The notes under the pieces: model-generated
Database searches by the model: none
What the model was told of the DNA's origin: nothing
Seen by the model: only the letters and a program-made list of their open reading frames with translations
Part shown: positions 9,007 to 18,016 of the stretch, piece by piece
Layout: every line of letters begins with the position of its first letter
How positions within the stretch are numbered: position 1 is the first letter of the stretch
Source of the DNA: Aquifex aeolicus VF5
GTDB taxonomy: Bacteria; Aquificota; Aquificia; Aquificales; Aquificaceae
Assembly (NCBI RefSeq): GCF_000008625.1
Contig: NC_000918.1
Location: 1,230,001 to 1,262,000 of the forward strand
Length of the DNA: 32,000 bases
Direction: 5' to 3'
Translations under genes and position numbers: made by a program

Positions 9007-11043
9007 CTAATCAAAAATAATTCTCACATTTTTCATACCCTTCAGTTCTTTTAACTCCTCCGGAAGCCTTCCCAGTTTAAACTTTAACATATAACGGTAA
9101 ACTTCTCTAAACTCTTCGTAAACCTTAAAGAAGTTCTCCGAAACCTTTTCCTTTAAGAACTCGTCAATTTCCTGCTCACTTTCCACAACCACGAGCCTCG
9201 AGAAAGGTGGAAGGAACTCCTCTTTCCTCCTTTTCAGTTCTCTTTCAAAAAGCTCTTCAAAGTTTTTGTTCAGTATAAGGCTTTTGTCCTCCTCGGAAAT
9301 CAGTGCACTCTGGATAACGAGGCTATTTTTGGCTACTCTCAGACTTTTCAAAACAAGGTTTAAGAACCTTTCCCTTGACCTGTAATTGGGGACCGAAAGG
9401 AGGGTGTCCGCGTTCAGGATAACCACGTTTTCATACTCCTCGAACCACTTCGGATTAGTTGTAAAAGAAAAGTTTTCCCTCTCACTGAAAAAGTCTTTTA
9501 TGACTTCCCTCGCCCTTTCCAGTCCAAATCCCATTTCTTGGAGCTCTCCACCGCATGAAGGACATTCAAAGGCTTTACTCCCGTAGTGTTTCTTTACCCT
9601 CGGACAAAAGATTTCCCCTTTTTCCTTACTGAAAGTTAAAAGAGAACCGCATTCGGGACACTCTGCGAGGGATTCGCACCTCGGACAGTAGGCGTAAGAG
9701 TAGCCCTGCTTTACCACGACGAATAAAGTTCTTTCCTCTACTCTATCGTTAATAAATTTGTATGTCTCCTCCGTTATTACCTCGCCCTTTCTCTCGTGGA
9801 TATAGATATTTGCCTTAAAATCCTCTTTTCTGTGTTTAAAAATTCCCTTCTTTATCAGAAGGAAGCTTTCTAGTCTGGGATAGGGAGAGGTAAAGATTAA
9901 TTCAGATGCGTACTTCTGGGAGAGGAGGTATGCGATCCTCCTCAGGTCAACGCCGTTTGCCGGAAACTTTGTGTTCTCCTGTTCGTTAAAAAGTACCACG
10001 CTTTCGAGTTCGGAAAAGGGTAAAAAGACGGACTTAAAGCTTCCCAAAAATACAAATCCACTTTCGTGAGCCCTGAACCAGTTCTCGTAAAGTTCCTTTG
10101 GTTTTATCCTTGCGGATATCTCCACAACCTTTTCCCCGAAGTAATTCCTGAGCTCATCAGAAACCCTGTAGAGTTCCTCCTTGCTTGGAAACAGAACTAA
10201 GGTATTCTTCCCTCCCCCTAAGTTCTGGGCAACCAAGTTTATTAAAAAATCAAGAGCTCTTTTAAAACTCGTAGAAAGATACTCGTTTCCCTTTTTCCTT
10301 TTAACCAGAGGGGGCGCCTGTTTAAGCGGAATTTCGGAAAGTGCTTTGGGGTAAAGGATTTCCCTTTTTAATATTCCTCTCTTTAAAAGGTCGTTTATGT
10401 GGGAAGACTTAAAACCCTGTTCCAGGAGTTCCTCTTTTGTAACTTTTTCTCTTTCGTTTATAAACTCTATTAATTCCTTCTTTTCTTTTGAACGAACCCT
10501 CTTTAGTGCTTCTTCTAGCGGAATGTTTAAGGAGTAAACTTCCTCTTCAACCCTTGGTATCACCCATTCCGTTTTCTTTAGAATTATCCCGTGGTCCTTG
10601 AGCAGGTGAATTAACCGATAATCAAACCTCTCCAGAAGTGTTTCGTAAGGTACTTTTCTCCTCTTTTTTATATACTCAACAACCTGTAGGGAATTTTTAT
10701 CCAGATTTTTTAAATTCCTCGGTGCTAAAAGGACGAAATTTTCCTCGTACCAGTCAAAGCTTGCGGGTATAAAGCTCCAGAGTATCTTCCAAGGTATATC
10801 CAGGTAATAATTCCCGAGGTCTTTTGCAATTTCTAAAGCTTTTGTGTTTACAAGGGGAAGTTTATCGGGAAGGGAGGAAACCCTCCCTTGGGCTTTGCCT
10901 TCCGAAAGTCCTACGATTATTCCCGTACTCCCCTTTCCGCTCTTTCCCTTAAACAGAACCCTGTACCCGATTGGGTTTTTAGGGCAATCTTCACACTCCA
11001 ATAAGTAGGTTCTCCCGCTGGATATGGCAACCTTAACGAGCAC
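9007..11043 (-). CDS. priA: Primosomal protein N' (PriA), apparently ATPase/helicase-degenerate
   Basis: Zinc region CPRCESLAECPECGSLLTFSKEKGEIFCPRVKKH...ECPSCGGELQEMGFGLERAREVI is the PriA CxxC arrangement with the GxGxER element; GKSGKGSTGIIVG in the N-terminal 3'-end-binding domain; C-terminal LPPFSRLVVVE. No GxTGSGKT and no DEEH. Confidence 0.85.
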   Translation of the reverse strand: MLVKVAISSGRTYLLECEDCPKNPIGYRVLFKGKSGKGSTGIIVGLSEGKAQGRVSSLPDKLPLVNTKALEIAKDLGNYYLDIPWKILWSFIPASFDWYEENFVLLAPRNLKNLDKNSLQVVEYIKKRRKVPYETLLERFDYRLIHLLKDHGIILKKTEWVIPRVEEEVYSLNIPLEEALKRVRSKEKKELIEFINEREKVTKEELLEQGFKSSHINDLLKRGILKREILYPKALSEIPLKQAPPLVKRKKGNEYLSTSFKRALDFLINLVAQNLGGGKNTLVLFPSKEELYRVSDELRNYFGEKVVEISARIKPKELYENWFRAHESGFVFLGSFKSVFLPFSELESVVLFNEQENTKFPANGVDLRRIAYLLSQKYASELIFTSPYPRLESFLLIKKGIFKHRKEDFKANIYIHERKGEVITEETYKFINDRVEERTLFVVVKQGYSYAYCPRCESLAECPECGSLLTFSKEKGEIFCPRVKKHYGSKAFECPSCGGELQEMGFGLERAREVIKDFFSERENFSFTTNPKWFEEYENVVILNADTLLSVPNYRSRERFLNLVLKSLRVAKNSLVIQSALISEEDKSLILNKNFEELFERELKRRKEEFLPPFSRLVVVESEQEIDEFLKEKVSENFFKVYEEFREVYRYMLKFKLGRLPEELKELKGMKNVRIIFD

Positions 11044-11053
11044 TAATTTAAAT

Positions 11054-11488
11054 CTATTCCTTTAGGGCTTTTAAGACTTTTGAGTCGAGTTCCGTCATTT
11101 TTAGAACGTTCCCCGTGTGTGCAAAGGGGATAATCCCGGTTATCGTGGCTCCTGGAAAGAGGGAGTTTTCCACTTCGTCTATTTGAACCTCAAAAACGGA
11201 CACGGGGAAAGGGACGTCTTCTATCTTTTCCTTGATTTCCTTTCCGACCCCGTAACAACTGAGTGCTTTGTCGGGAGCGAATATCTGTATCGCTACTTTT
11301 GAGTTCTGTCTTATGTTCTGTGCAGTCTTTGCGTTTGAGCTCACGGCTATCCTTATGGTTCTCTCGTCTGTAGGATAAACCCAGGTTATGAAGGCGAGGT
11401 GGGGATTTCCTTCACCGTCAACGGTCGACACAACAACGGGAAAAACGTTTAAATCCCTCATCAAATCTATTAAATCTCTCGGTAACAT
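11054..11488 (-). CDS. Pyridoxamine 5'-phosphate oxidase-like FMN-binding split-barrel protein
   Basis: PVVVSTVDGEGNPHLAFITWVYPTDERTIRIAVSSNAKTAQNIRQNSKVAIQIFA: PNPOx-like split barrel core. Confidence 0.75.
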   Translation of the reverse strand: MLPRDLIDLMRDLNVFPVVVSTVDGEGNPHLAFITWVYPTDERTIRIAVSSNAKTAQNIRQNSKVAIQIFAPDKALSCYGVGKEIKEKIEDVPFPVSVFEVQIDEVENSLFPGATITGIIPFAHTGNVLKMTELDSKVLKALKE

Positions 11489-11542
11489 TTTCCACCTCCT
11501 TAAAATTTTGTTTACAGATATTTTAATTTGTTTCCCCGACGT

Positions 11543-11570
11543 TTGCCTTTCTATGAGTTAGGTATATAAT
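11543..11570 (+). promoter_or_regulatory. Putative sigma70-type promoter for ino1
   Basis: TTGCCT (11543-11548), 16-nt spacer, TATAAT (11565-11570) in the intergenic region upstream of the + strand gene. Confidence 0.6.
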
Positions 11571-11584
11571 TTTATAAAAGAACG

Positions 11585-11607
11585 ATAAAGCTTCTTAAAA
11601 GCTTTAT
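11585..11607 (+). promoter_or_regulatory. Leader hairpin upstream of ino1
   Basis: Perfect inverted repeat ATAAAGCTT-CTTAA-AAGCTTTAT (9-bp stem, 5-nt loop), just downstream of the predicted -10 and upstream of the SD. Confidence 0.5.
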
Positions 11608-11650
11608 TAGAGAAAACCCAAAAGGGAGGTGTGAGAATGGCAGAAAGAAG

Positions 11651-12745
11651 GTGAGAGTGGCTATCGCGGGAGTGGGAAACTGCGCGAGCTCCTTCATACA
11701 AGGTATTTACTACTATAAGAAGAAGGGAACTGTTGACGTCAGCGGTTTAATGCACGAAGACATAGGCGGATACAAGCCCTGGGACATTGAAATAGTCGCA
11801 GCGTGGGATATTGACGCGAGAAAAGTCGGAAAAGACGTCTCAGAGGCTATATTCGCACCGCCAAACTGTACGGCTGTGTTCGAACCGGACGTTCCCCACA
11901 TGGGCGTTAAGGTAAGGATGGGTAAGGTTCTGGACGGATTTGCACCGCACATGAAAGAATACCCACCTGAAAGGACTTTCGTACTTGCGGACGAAAAGGA
12001 AGACGAACTCGAAGACGTAGTGGCAGTTTTAAAGGAAACCCAGGCTGACGTTTTAATCAACTACGTTCCCGTGGGAGCGGAACAGGCTGCAAGGTTTTAC
12101 GCGGAAGCTTGTCTGAGAGCGGGAGTGTCTTTCATAAACGCGATGCCCACATTCATAGTTTCAGACCCCGAATGGGCTAAGAAATTTGAAGAAGCCGGAA
12201 TACCCGTTGTGGGGGACGACATAAAGTCTCAGGTGGGAGCTACGATAGTTCACAGAGTGCTCACTCAACTCTTTGTGGACAGAGGTGTTAAATTAGACAG
12301 AACTTATCAGCTCAACTTCGGTGGGAACACGGACTTCCTGAACATGCTCGCAAGGGAAAGGCTAAAGACCAAGAAGATATCCAAAACTGAAGCGGTAACC
12401 TCACTACTCCCCTACGACCTCGGATGGGAAAACGTACACATAGGACCTTCCGACTGGGTGCCTTGGCTAAACGACAGGAAGATAGCTTACATAAGGATGG
12501 AAGGAAGACTCTTCGGAGACGTACCCATGTACATTGAACTGAAACTCGACGTTGAAGACTCTCCAAACAGCGCAGGTTCTATGATAGACGCAGTAAGGTG
12601 TGCAAAACTTGCAAGAGACAGAGGAGTTGCAGGACCTCTCTACTCCATAAGTGCATACACCATGAAGCACCCACCCATTCAGTATCCGGACTGGCAGGCT
12701 AAGAAGATGGTAGAAGAATTCATCAGGGGAGAAAGAGAAAGGTAA
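11651..12745 (+). CDS. ino1: myo-Inositol-1-phosphate synthase (prokaryotic-type MIPS)
   Basis: [22 protein letters not shown]...[48 protein letters not shown]...[16 protein letters not shown]...[24 protein letters not shown]...[14 protein letters not shown]; very close to actinobacterial/archaeal Ino1. GTG start in the supplied frame. Confidence 0.95.
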   Translation: MRVAIAGVGNCASSFIQGIYYYKKKGTVDVSGLMHEDIGGYKPWDIEIVAAWDIDARKVGKDVSEAIFAPPNCTAVFEPDVPHMGVKVRMGKVLDGFAPHMKEYPPERTFVLADEKEDELEDVVAVLKETQADVLINYVPVGAEQAARFYAEACLRAGVSFINAMPTFIVSDPEWAKKFEEAGIPVVGDDIKSQVGATIVHRVLTQLFVDRGVKLDRTYQLNFGGNTDFLNMLARERLKTKKISKTEAVTSLLPYDLGWENVHIGPSDWVPWLNDRKIAYIRMEGRLFGDVPMYIELKLDVEDSPNSAGSMIDAVRCAKLARDRGVAGPLYSISAYTMKHPPIQYPDWQAKKMVEEFIRGERER

Positions 12746-12832
12746 TAAAAACTCCCCTTTTCCTTTTCTTTTGGAATACCCCCTTTAGGTAAAAATTTTT
12801 TTATTTTTAAAAGGATTCTGTTTATAGAAAGG

Positions 12833-12908
12833 TGGTGGGCTGCCCGGGACTCGAACCCGGAACCTGCGGATTAAGAGTCCGCCGCTCTGCCTATTGAGCT
12901 AGCAGCCC
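12833..12908 (-). tRNA. tRNA-Lys (anticodon CTT)
   Basis: Reverse complement GGGCTGCTAGCTCAATAGGCAGAGCGGCGGACTCTTAATCCGCAGGTTCCGGGTTCGAGTCCCGGGCAGCCCACCA; full cloverleaf with encoded CCA. Confidence 0.97.
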
Positions 12909-12933
12909 TCGTCTGAAGAATATTATAACACAT

Positions 12934-13010
12934 TGGCCGGGCTGGCGGGAGTCGAACCCGCAACCTCGGGATCCGTAGTCCCGCGCTCTATCCAGTTGAG
13001 CTACAGCCCG
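12934..13010 (-). tRNA. tRNA-Arg (anticodon ACG)
   Basis: Reverse complement CGGGCTGTAGCTCAACTGGATAGAGCGCGGGACTACGGATCCCGAGGTTGCGGGTTCGACTCCCGCCAGCCCGGCCA; full cloverleaf with encoded CCA. Confidence 0.97.
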
Positions 13011-13107
13011 TACCAAGTTAATAATTTTAATCCCTTGCCCTATGGTAGTCCAGCTTGATCAAATACACTTTTTCATTTTTCATGAAGTCCTTAAAATATT
13101 TAAAACT

Positions 13108-15111
13108 ATGCCTCAGCTTTTTAAAACCTCTAAAAAAATCGACGAGCTGGTTATAAACACTATTCGCTTTTTGAGCGTTGATATGGTCGAAAGGGCAAAA
13201 TCAGGACACCCCGGAATGCCCCTCGGAGCTTCCCACATAGTTTATCTGCTTTACGACAGGATAATGAAGTACAACCCTAAAAATCCCAATTGGTTTAACA
13301 GGGATAGGTTTATACTCTCTGCGGGCCACGGAAGTGCAATGCTCTATGCAGCCTTCTACATGTTCGGATTTGACCTGACTCTTGAGGATCTAAAAGCCTT
13401 CAGGCAACTAAACAGCAAAACTCCGGGACACCCCGAATACGGACTCACTCCCGGCGTTGAGGTGACTACCGGAAACCTCGGACAGGGATTCGGGAATGCG
13501 GTTGGGATGGCGATGGCTGAGAAATTTTTGTCCCACTACTTTAACAGGGAAGGATACCCCGTTATAGATCACTACACCTACGTCCTTGTATCGGATGGGG
13601 ACTTAATGGAGGGTGTTTCTTACGAGGCTGCATCCCTTGCGGGACACTTTAAGTTAAACAAGTTAATAGCAATATGGGACAACAACCACATAACTATAGA
13701 CGGAGACACTAAGCTTACGTGGACGGAAGACGTCTTAAAAAGGTTTGAAGCCCTCGGTTGGGAAGTGTACCACCTGGAAGACGGGTACAACTTGGATCTT
13801 CTGGAAGAAACGATTCTAAAAGCAAAAGAAAGCGACAAGCCCACCTTTATATCCGTGAGGACGCACATAGGTTACGGAACGCCCCTTCAGGATACACCGG
13901 AAGTCCACGGGAAGCCTATGGGCAAAGAGATAGTGGAGGAAACCAAGAAGAAGTTCGGCTGGCCACTTGAGGAGTTTTACGTCCCCGAAGAGGCACTCAA
14001 TTATACGAGAAGGAAAGTTGAAGAGGGGAAAGCTCTCGAAGAAGAGTGGAACAAACTTTACGCCGAATACAGGGAAAAATACCCCGACCTTGCCCAGACG
14101 CTTGAGAAGGCTCTTAACAAGGAGTGGAGTTTAGACTGGCTTGAAAAAGTAGAGGAATTCAAAGAAGACATGCCTACCAGAAAAGCCTCGGGGAAAGTGC
14201 TCAACGTAATGGCGGATTACATACCCACCATGATTGGCGGTTCGGCGGACCTTTCGGAATCCGTGAACACAGTGTTGAAAAAGTACGGAGATTTTGAAGC
14301 CGACACACCTACAGGAAGGAACGTTCACTACGGTGTCAGGGAACACGCCATGGGAACGATTCTCAACGGCATGGCTTACCACGGAGGAATACTCCCTTAC
14401 GGCGGTACTTTCCTCATATTCTCGGAGTACATGAGACCCGCTATAAGAACGGCAGCACTCGCAAACCTACAGGTAATCTTCGTTTACTCTCATGACTCCA
14501 TAGGTCTGGGAGAGGACGGTCCTACCCACCAACCCGTTGAACAACTTTGGAGCCTGAGGAGCATACCCAACCTCTGGGTAGTAAGACCCGCCGACGCAAA
14601 CGAGGTGAAGTACGCGTGGGAGATAGCCCTGAAGAGGAAAAACGGCCCCACGGCCATAATACTCACGAGACAAAAAGTAAAAACCATAGACAGATCCAAG
14701 TACGCCTCTCCGGAAGGCGTAAGGAAAGGGGCTTACGTTATAGCTGATACAGAAGGAAAACCGGATGTTGTAATCATCGCAACAGGTTCGGAAGTTCAGG
14801 TTGCACTCGGAGCGAAAGAGATACTGGAACAAAAAGGAATAAAAACGAGAGTGGTTAATATGGCTTGCTGTGAACTCTTCGAAGAACAGCCCGAAGAGTA
14901 CAAAAGGGAAGTTCTGCCTCCCGAAGTTACGAAGAGGGTAGCCGTTGAAGCGGGAAGGGACACGGGCTGGTATAAGTACGTAGGAAGCGACGGACTCGTT
15001 ATTAGCCTGAACGAGTTCGGTAAGTCCGCTCCCGGAAGCGTTCTCTTTGAGTATTACGGCTTTACACCGGAAAACGTGGCCAATAAGGTAATTGAAAAGT
15101 GGTTTTCCTGA
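13108..15111 (+). CDS. tkt: Transketolase
   Basis: SGHPGMPLGASHIVYLLYDRIM, LSAGHGSAMLYA, GNLGQGFGNAVGMAMAEK, SDGDLMEGVSYEAASLAGH, REHAMGTILNGMAYHGG, HDSIGLGEDGPTHQPVEQL. Start is uncertain; the ORF is open from 13042 and ATG 13108 (MPQLFKTSKK) fits homologous N-termini better. Confidence 0.96.
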   Translation: MPQLFKTSKKIDELVINTIRFLSVDMVERAKSGHPGMPLGASHIVYLLYDRIMKYNPKNPNWFNRDRFILSAGHGSAMLYAAFYMFGFDLTLEDLKAFRQLNSKTPGHPEYGLTPGVEVTTGNLGQGFGNAVGMAMAEKFLSHYFNREGYPVIDHYTYVLVSDGDLMEGVSYEAASLAGHFKLNKLIAIWDNNHITIDGDTKLTWTEDVLKRFEALGWEVYHLEDGYNLDLLEETILKAKESDKPTFISVRTHIGYGTPLQDTPEVHGKPMGKEIVEETKKKFGWPLEEFYVPEEALNYTRRKVEEGKALEEEWNKLYAEYREKYPDLAQTLEKALNKEWSLDWLEKVEEFKEDMPTRKASGKVLNVMADYIPTMIGGSADLSESVNTVLKKYGDFEADTPTGRNVHYGVREHAMGTILNGMAYHGGILPYGGTFLIFSEYMRPAIRTAALANLQVIFVYSHDSIGLGEDGPTHQPVEQLWSLRSIPNLWVVRPADANEVKYAWEIALKRKNGPTAIILTRQKVKTIDRSKYASPEGVRKGAYVIADTEGKPDVVIIATGSEVQVALGAKEILEQKGIKTRVVNMACCELFEEQPEEYKREVLPPEVTKRVAVEAGRDTGWYKYVGSDGLVISLNEFGKSAPGSVLFEYYGFTPENVANKVIEKWFS

Positions 15112-15132
15112 TTTATAATTATTTATTCGGTA

Positions 15133-15209
15133 GGAGGGTGTAGCTCAGTTGGTAGAGCGGGGGACTGTGGATCCCCGTGTCGCGGGTTCGAGTCCCGTCA
15201 CCCTCCCCA
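15133..15209 (+). tRNA. tRNA-His (anticodon GTG)
   Basis: GGAGGGTGTAGCTCAGTTGGTAGAGCGGGGGACTGTGGATCCCCGTGTCGCGGGTTCGAGTCCCGTCACCCTCCCCA; 8-bp acceptor with G-1:C73 typical of tRNA-His. Confidence 0.97.
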
Positions 15210-15233
15210 TTTGCAGTATCAGGAGGTAAGGAA

Positions 15234-15518
15234 ATGCCAAACACCAGACAGGCAAAAAAGAGAATGAGGAGAGATGCGAAAAGGAGACTTAGGAACAGGT
15301 ATCACCTCTCAAGGATGAGAACTTATATAAAGAACTTCAGGAGAATGATTGAAAACGGAGAGATTGATAAGGCTAAAGAGTACATAAACGAAGTTATCAG
15401 CGTTATTTATCACACAGCCGCTAAGGGAGTTATTCATAAAAACGAAGCTGCAAGAAGGGCTTCAAGGGTTTACAAGCTATTAAACAAAGCCCTTCAGCAG
15501 CAACAAGCTCAGGCTTGA
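15234..15518 (+). CDS. rpsT: 30S ribosomal protein S20
   Basis: MPNTRQAKKRMRRDAKRRLRNRYHLSRMRTYIKNFRRMIENG...HTAAKGVIHKNEAARRASRVYKLLNKA; AGGAGG SD a few nt upstream of ATG 15234. The ORF-track start at 15177 lies inside tRNA-His. Confidence 0.95.
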   Translation: MPNTRQAKKRMRRDAKRRLRNRYHLSRMRTYIKNFRRMIENGEIDKAKEYINEVISVIYHTAAKGVIHKNEAARRASRVYKLLNKALQQQQAQA

Positions 15519-15527
15519 TCCTTTCCT

Positions 15528-16301
15528 TTGCCCTCCCTAAAAATTTCCCCTTCAGAAGCTGAAAAGATACAAAACTACCTTGTTTCATCAGGTTTTAGAA
15601 AAATTAATGCACCATATACGTTATGGGCCCTTGAAGGAAACGGTGTAAAGGTTTATTACTACAAGACTGGAAGTCTTTTAATACAGGGAAAAAATTCCGA
15701 AAAAGTTTTAAAAGAAGTTTTAAATCTACTGGAAAAGAAAAAACTACCGGGGTGTGATGAATCGGGAAAAGGGGATATTTTCGGTTCCTTAGTTCTTTGC
15801 TGTGTTTGCATTCCGGAGGAAAATTACTTAAAAGTATCTTCCCTAAATCCGAGGGATACCAAAAGGCTATCGGATAAAAGGGTAGAAAGGCTTTATTTAG
15901 CCCTGAAACCCCTCGTGAAGGCTTACTGCTACGAAATTAAGCCAGAAGAATACAACAAACTCTATAGAAAATTTCGGAACTTAAATAAGATGATGACGCA
16001 CTTTTACAAGCTCCTTATAGAAAGAGTTAAAGAAGAGTGCGGTGTTTCCGAAGTCGTGGTAGACAAGTATCAGCCATCAAACCCTTTCGGAGAAGACGTG
16101 ATATTTGAAACGGAGGCTGAGAGAAACTTGGCTGTTGCGGTGGCAAGTATATTCGCGAGGTATAAATTTCTCCAATCCTTAAAGGAAGTTGAAAGAGAAC
16201 TTGGAATAAAAATCCCTAAAGGAACTTCAAAGGAAGTTAAAGAACTCGCAAAATCGTTAAAAAATCCGGAAAGATTTATAAAGTTAAACTTTAACGTCTA
16301 A
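15528..16301 (+). CDS. rnhC: Ribonuclease HIII
   Basis: GCDESGKGDIFGSLVLCCVCIPEE (DESGKGD motif of RNase HIII), DVIFETEAERNLAVAVASIFARYKFLQSL. N-terminal substrate-binding domain present. Confidence 0.88.
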   Translation: MPSLKISPSEAEKIQNYLVSSGFRKINAPYTLWALEGNGVKVYYYKTGSLLIQGKNSEKVLKEVLNLLEKKKLPGCDESGKGDIFGSLVLCCVCIPEENYLKVSSLNPRDTKRLSDKRVERLYLALKPLVKAYCYEIKPEEYNKLYRKFRNLNKMMTHFYKLLIERVKEECGVSEVVVDKYQPSNPFGEDVIFETEAERNLAVAVASIFARYKFLQSLKEVERELGIKIPKGTSKEVKELAKSLKNPERFIKLNFNV

Positions 16302-16451
16302 AAAGTCCACGTAAGAGTCTTCTATGCCTGCCTCTTCGAGCAGATCTTTTAAGTTTACCTTAAATTCATAGCAAAAATCGCTTTCTTCTAAGCAGGTATA
16401 TCCCTTTAAAAGTTCGTAATTTTCCAAAAACTCGATAACTTTTTTGCTCAT
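16284..16451 (-). CDS. Unlisted small acidic protein (55 aa)
   Basis: Translated by hand: MSKKVIEFLENYELLKGYTCLEESDFCYEFKVNLKDLLEEAGIEDSYVDFLDVKV*, preceded on the minus strand by AGGAGGTAGGACT-ATG (strong SD). Overlaps the rnhC 3' end by 18 nt. Confidence 0.65.
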   Translation of the reverse strand: MSKKVIEFLENYELLKGYTCLEESDFCYEFKVNLKDLLEEAGIEDSYVDFLDVKV

Positions 16452-16567
16452 AGTCCTACCTCCTCAGGAAATTTTGAGCTAAATATGAATCTATCTTTTA
16501 AAAATAATTTGTCAAAAAAGACGATTTTTTTAAAATTTTTAAAAAGATGTTTTAAAAAGAAAGGGGG

Positions 16568-18016
16568 TTAGAGTTCAAGGACTTTGCCGGGGTTAAAGAG
16601 GTTCTTCGGATCAAACAACTTTTTAATTCCTTTCAAAAGTTCGTATCCCGTTTCTCCGAACTGCCACTTTAAAAACTTCCTCTTAGTAAGCCCCACACCG
16701 TGTTCTCCCGTTATGGAACCGTTGTAATTGAGTGCCAGTTCAAATACCTCGTCAACCGCCCTTTCCGCCCTTTCCTCTTCTTCCTTGTTTGACTTGTCAT
16801 AGAGGAGGTTTACATGTAGATTTCCGTCTCCTATGTGTCCGAAAACTACCATAGTGAGGTTGTACTTTTTGGCTATTTCCCTTAATTTGGGAAGTGCTTC
16901 GTGGAGGTAAGTCCTCGGGAATACTATGTCTTCGTTTATCTTTCCGGTTTTTAAGTTTCCGAGGGCGGGACCGAGGTTCTTTCTTGCACTCCAGAGCTTC
17001 TGGGCTTCTTCTTCCGATTGAGCCACCTGAACCTTTGCTCCGAGTTCCTCAAGTATTTTTCCTACTTCCTTTATTTCCTCTTTAACCGTCAGAGGATGCC
17101 CGTCCACCTCTATAAGTAGCAGAGCTTCCACGTCCCTCGGAAGTCCTACGGGTTTGAAGTCTTCAACAGCCCTTATTGCGTCCCTGTCCATGAATTCCAG
17201 AGCTGAAGGGAATACTCCGGAGGTTAAAATCTTCGTTACCGCTTTTCCTACTGTCTCTAAATCATCAAAGAGTGCCAGAGCAGTCATTCTTGCTTTTGGC
17301 TTTGGAATGAGTTTTAAAGTTATCTCCGTAAAGAGCCCCAGCGTTCCCTCCGAGCCGACAAGCAGTTTCGTGAGGTCGTAGCCCGCAACGTCCTTCAGGA
17401 CTGGCCTTCCCGTCCTTATCACCTCTCCGTTTTTTATTACCGTTTCAAGTCCGAGGACGTATTCCCTCGTCACACCGTACTTGAGACACCTGGGTCCTCC
17501 TGCGTTTTCCGCAACATTTCCACCTATAGTTGAGTACTTGAAAGATGAAGGGTCGGGCGGGTAAAAGAGTCCGAGCTTTTCAACGTACTCCTGAAACTGG
17601 TAAGTTATTACGCCCGGCTGAACAACCGCTGTTGCGTTATCAACGTCCACGGTGAATTTGTCCATTTTTTCAAAGGAAACTACAATTCCCTCCTCAATGG
17701 TGGGTACAGCTCCTCCCGTCAATCCTGAACCCGCACCTCTCGGAAATATAGGAATGTCTTCCTCATAACAAACTTCAACGAGCTTTATAACATCTTCTTT
17801 ATTTTCAGGAAATACAACCGCGGAAGGGATAGCCCTCTGAATGGGAATCGGAGTAGCGTCGTAGGCGTAGAGCTTTCTCTCAACTATTGAGTCCTTTACC
17901 TTCTTTTCTCCCAGTGCCTTTTTTAATTTTTCAACTTTTGAGTTAGTCAAGACTTCCATGGAATTAATATATAGGATGAAAGAAAAAAGCGGGAAATAAT
18001 TTATCTCATTTAACAA
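16568..18016 (-). CDS. glcD: FAD-linked oxidase, glycolate oxidase/D-lactate dehydrogenase family (GlcD-like)
   Basis: PIFPRGAGSGLTGGAVPTIEEGIVVSFEKMDK, YSTIGGNVAENAGGPRCLKYGVTREYVLGLE, VFGHIGDGNLHVNLLYD, GEHGVGLTKRKFL. Start may be the internal MEVLTNSKVEKLKK. Confidence 0.9.
   Translation of the reverse strand: MLNEINYFPLFSFILYINSMEVLTNSKVEKLKKALGEKKVKDSIVERKLYAYDATPIPIQRAIPSAVVFPENKEDVIKLVEVCYEEDIPIFPRGAGSGLTGGAVPTIEEGIVVSFEKMDKFTVDVDNATAVVQPGVITYQFQEYVEKLGLFYPPDPSSFKYSTIGGNVAENAGGPRCLKYGVTREYVLGLETVIKNGEVIRTGRPVLKDVAGYDLTKLLVGSEGTLGLFTEITLKLIPKPKARMTALALFDDLETVGKAVTKILTSGVFPSALEFMDRDAIRAVEDFKPVGLPRDVEALLLIEVDGHPLTVKEEIKEVGKILEELGAKVQVAQSEEEAQKLWSARKNLGPALGNLKTGKINEDIVFPRTYLHEALPKLREIAKKYNLTMVVFGHIGDGNLHVNLLYDKSNKEEEERAERAVDEVFELALNYNGSITGEHGVGLTKRKFLKWQFGETGYELLKGIKKLFDPKNLFNPGKVLEL

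Noticed and set aside
13620-14832. Minus-strand and alternative-frame ORFs inside transketolase
   Set aside because: They overlap a well-supported tkt frame completely. Composition is that of antisense shadows.
15177-15233. ORF-track start of rpsT (MSRVRVPSPSPFAVSGGKE...) inside tRNA-His
   Set aside because: The first 33 nt are tRNA-His sequence. Homology and the SD both point to ATG 15234.
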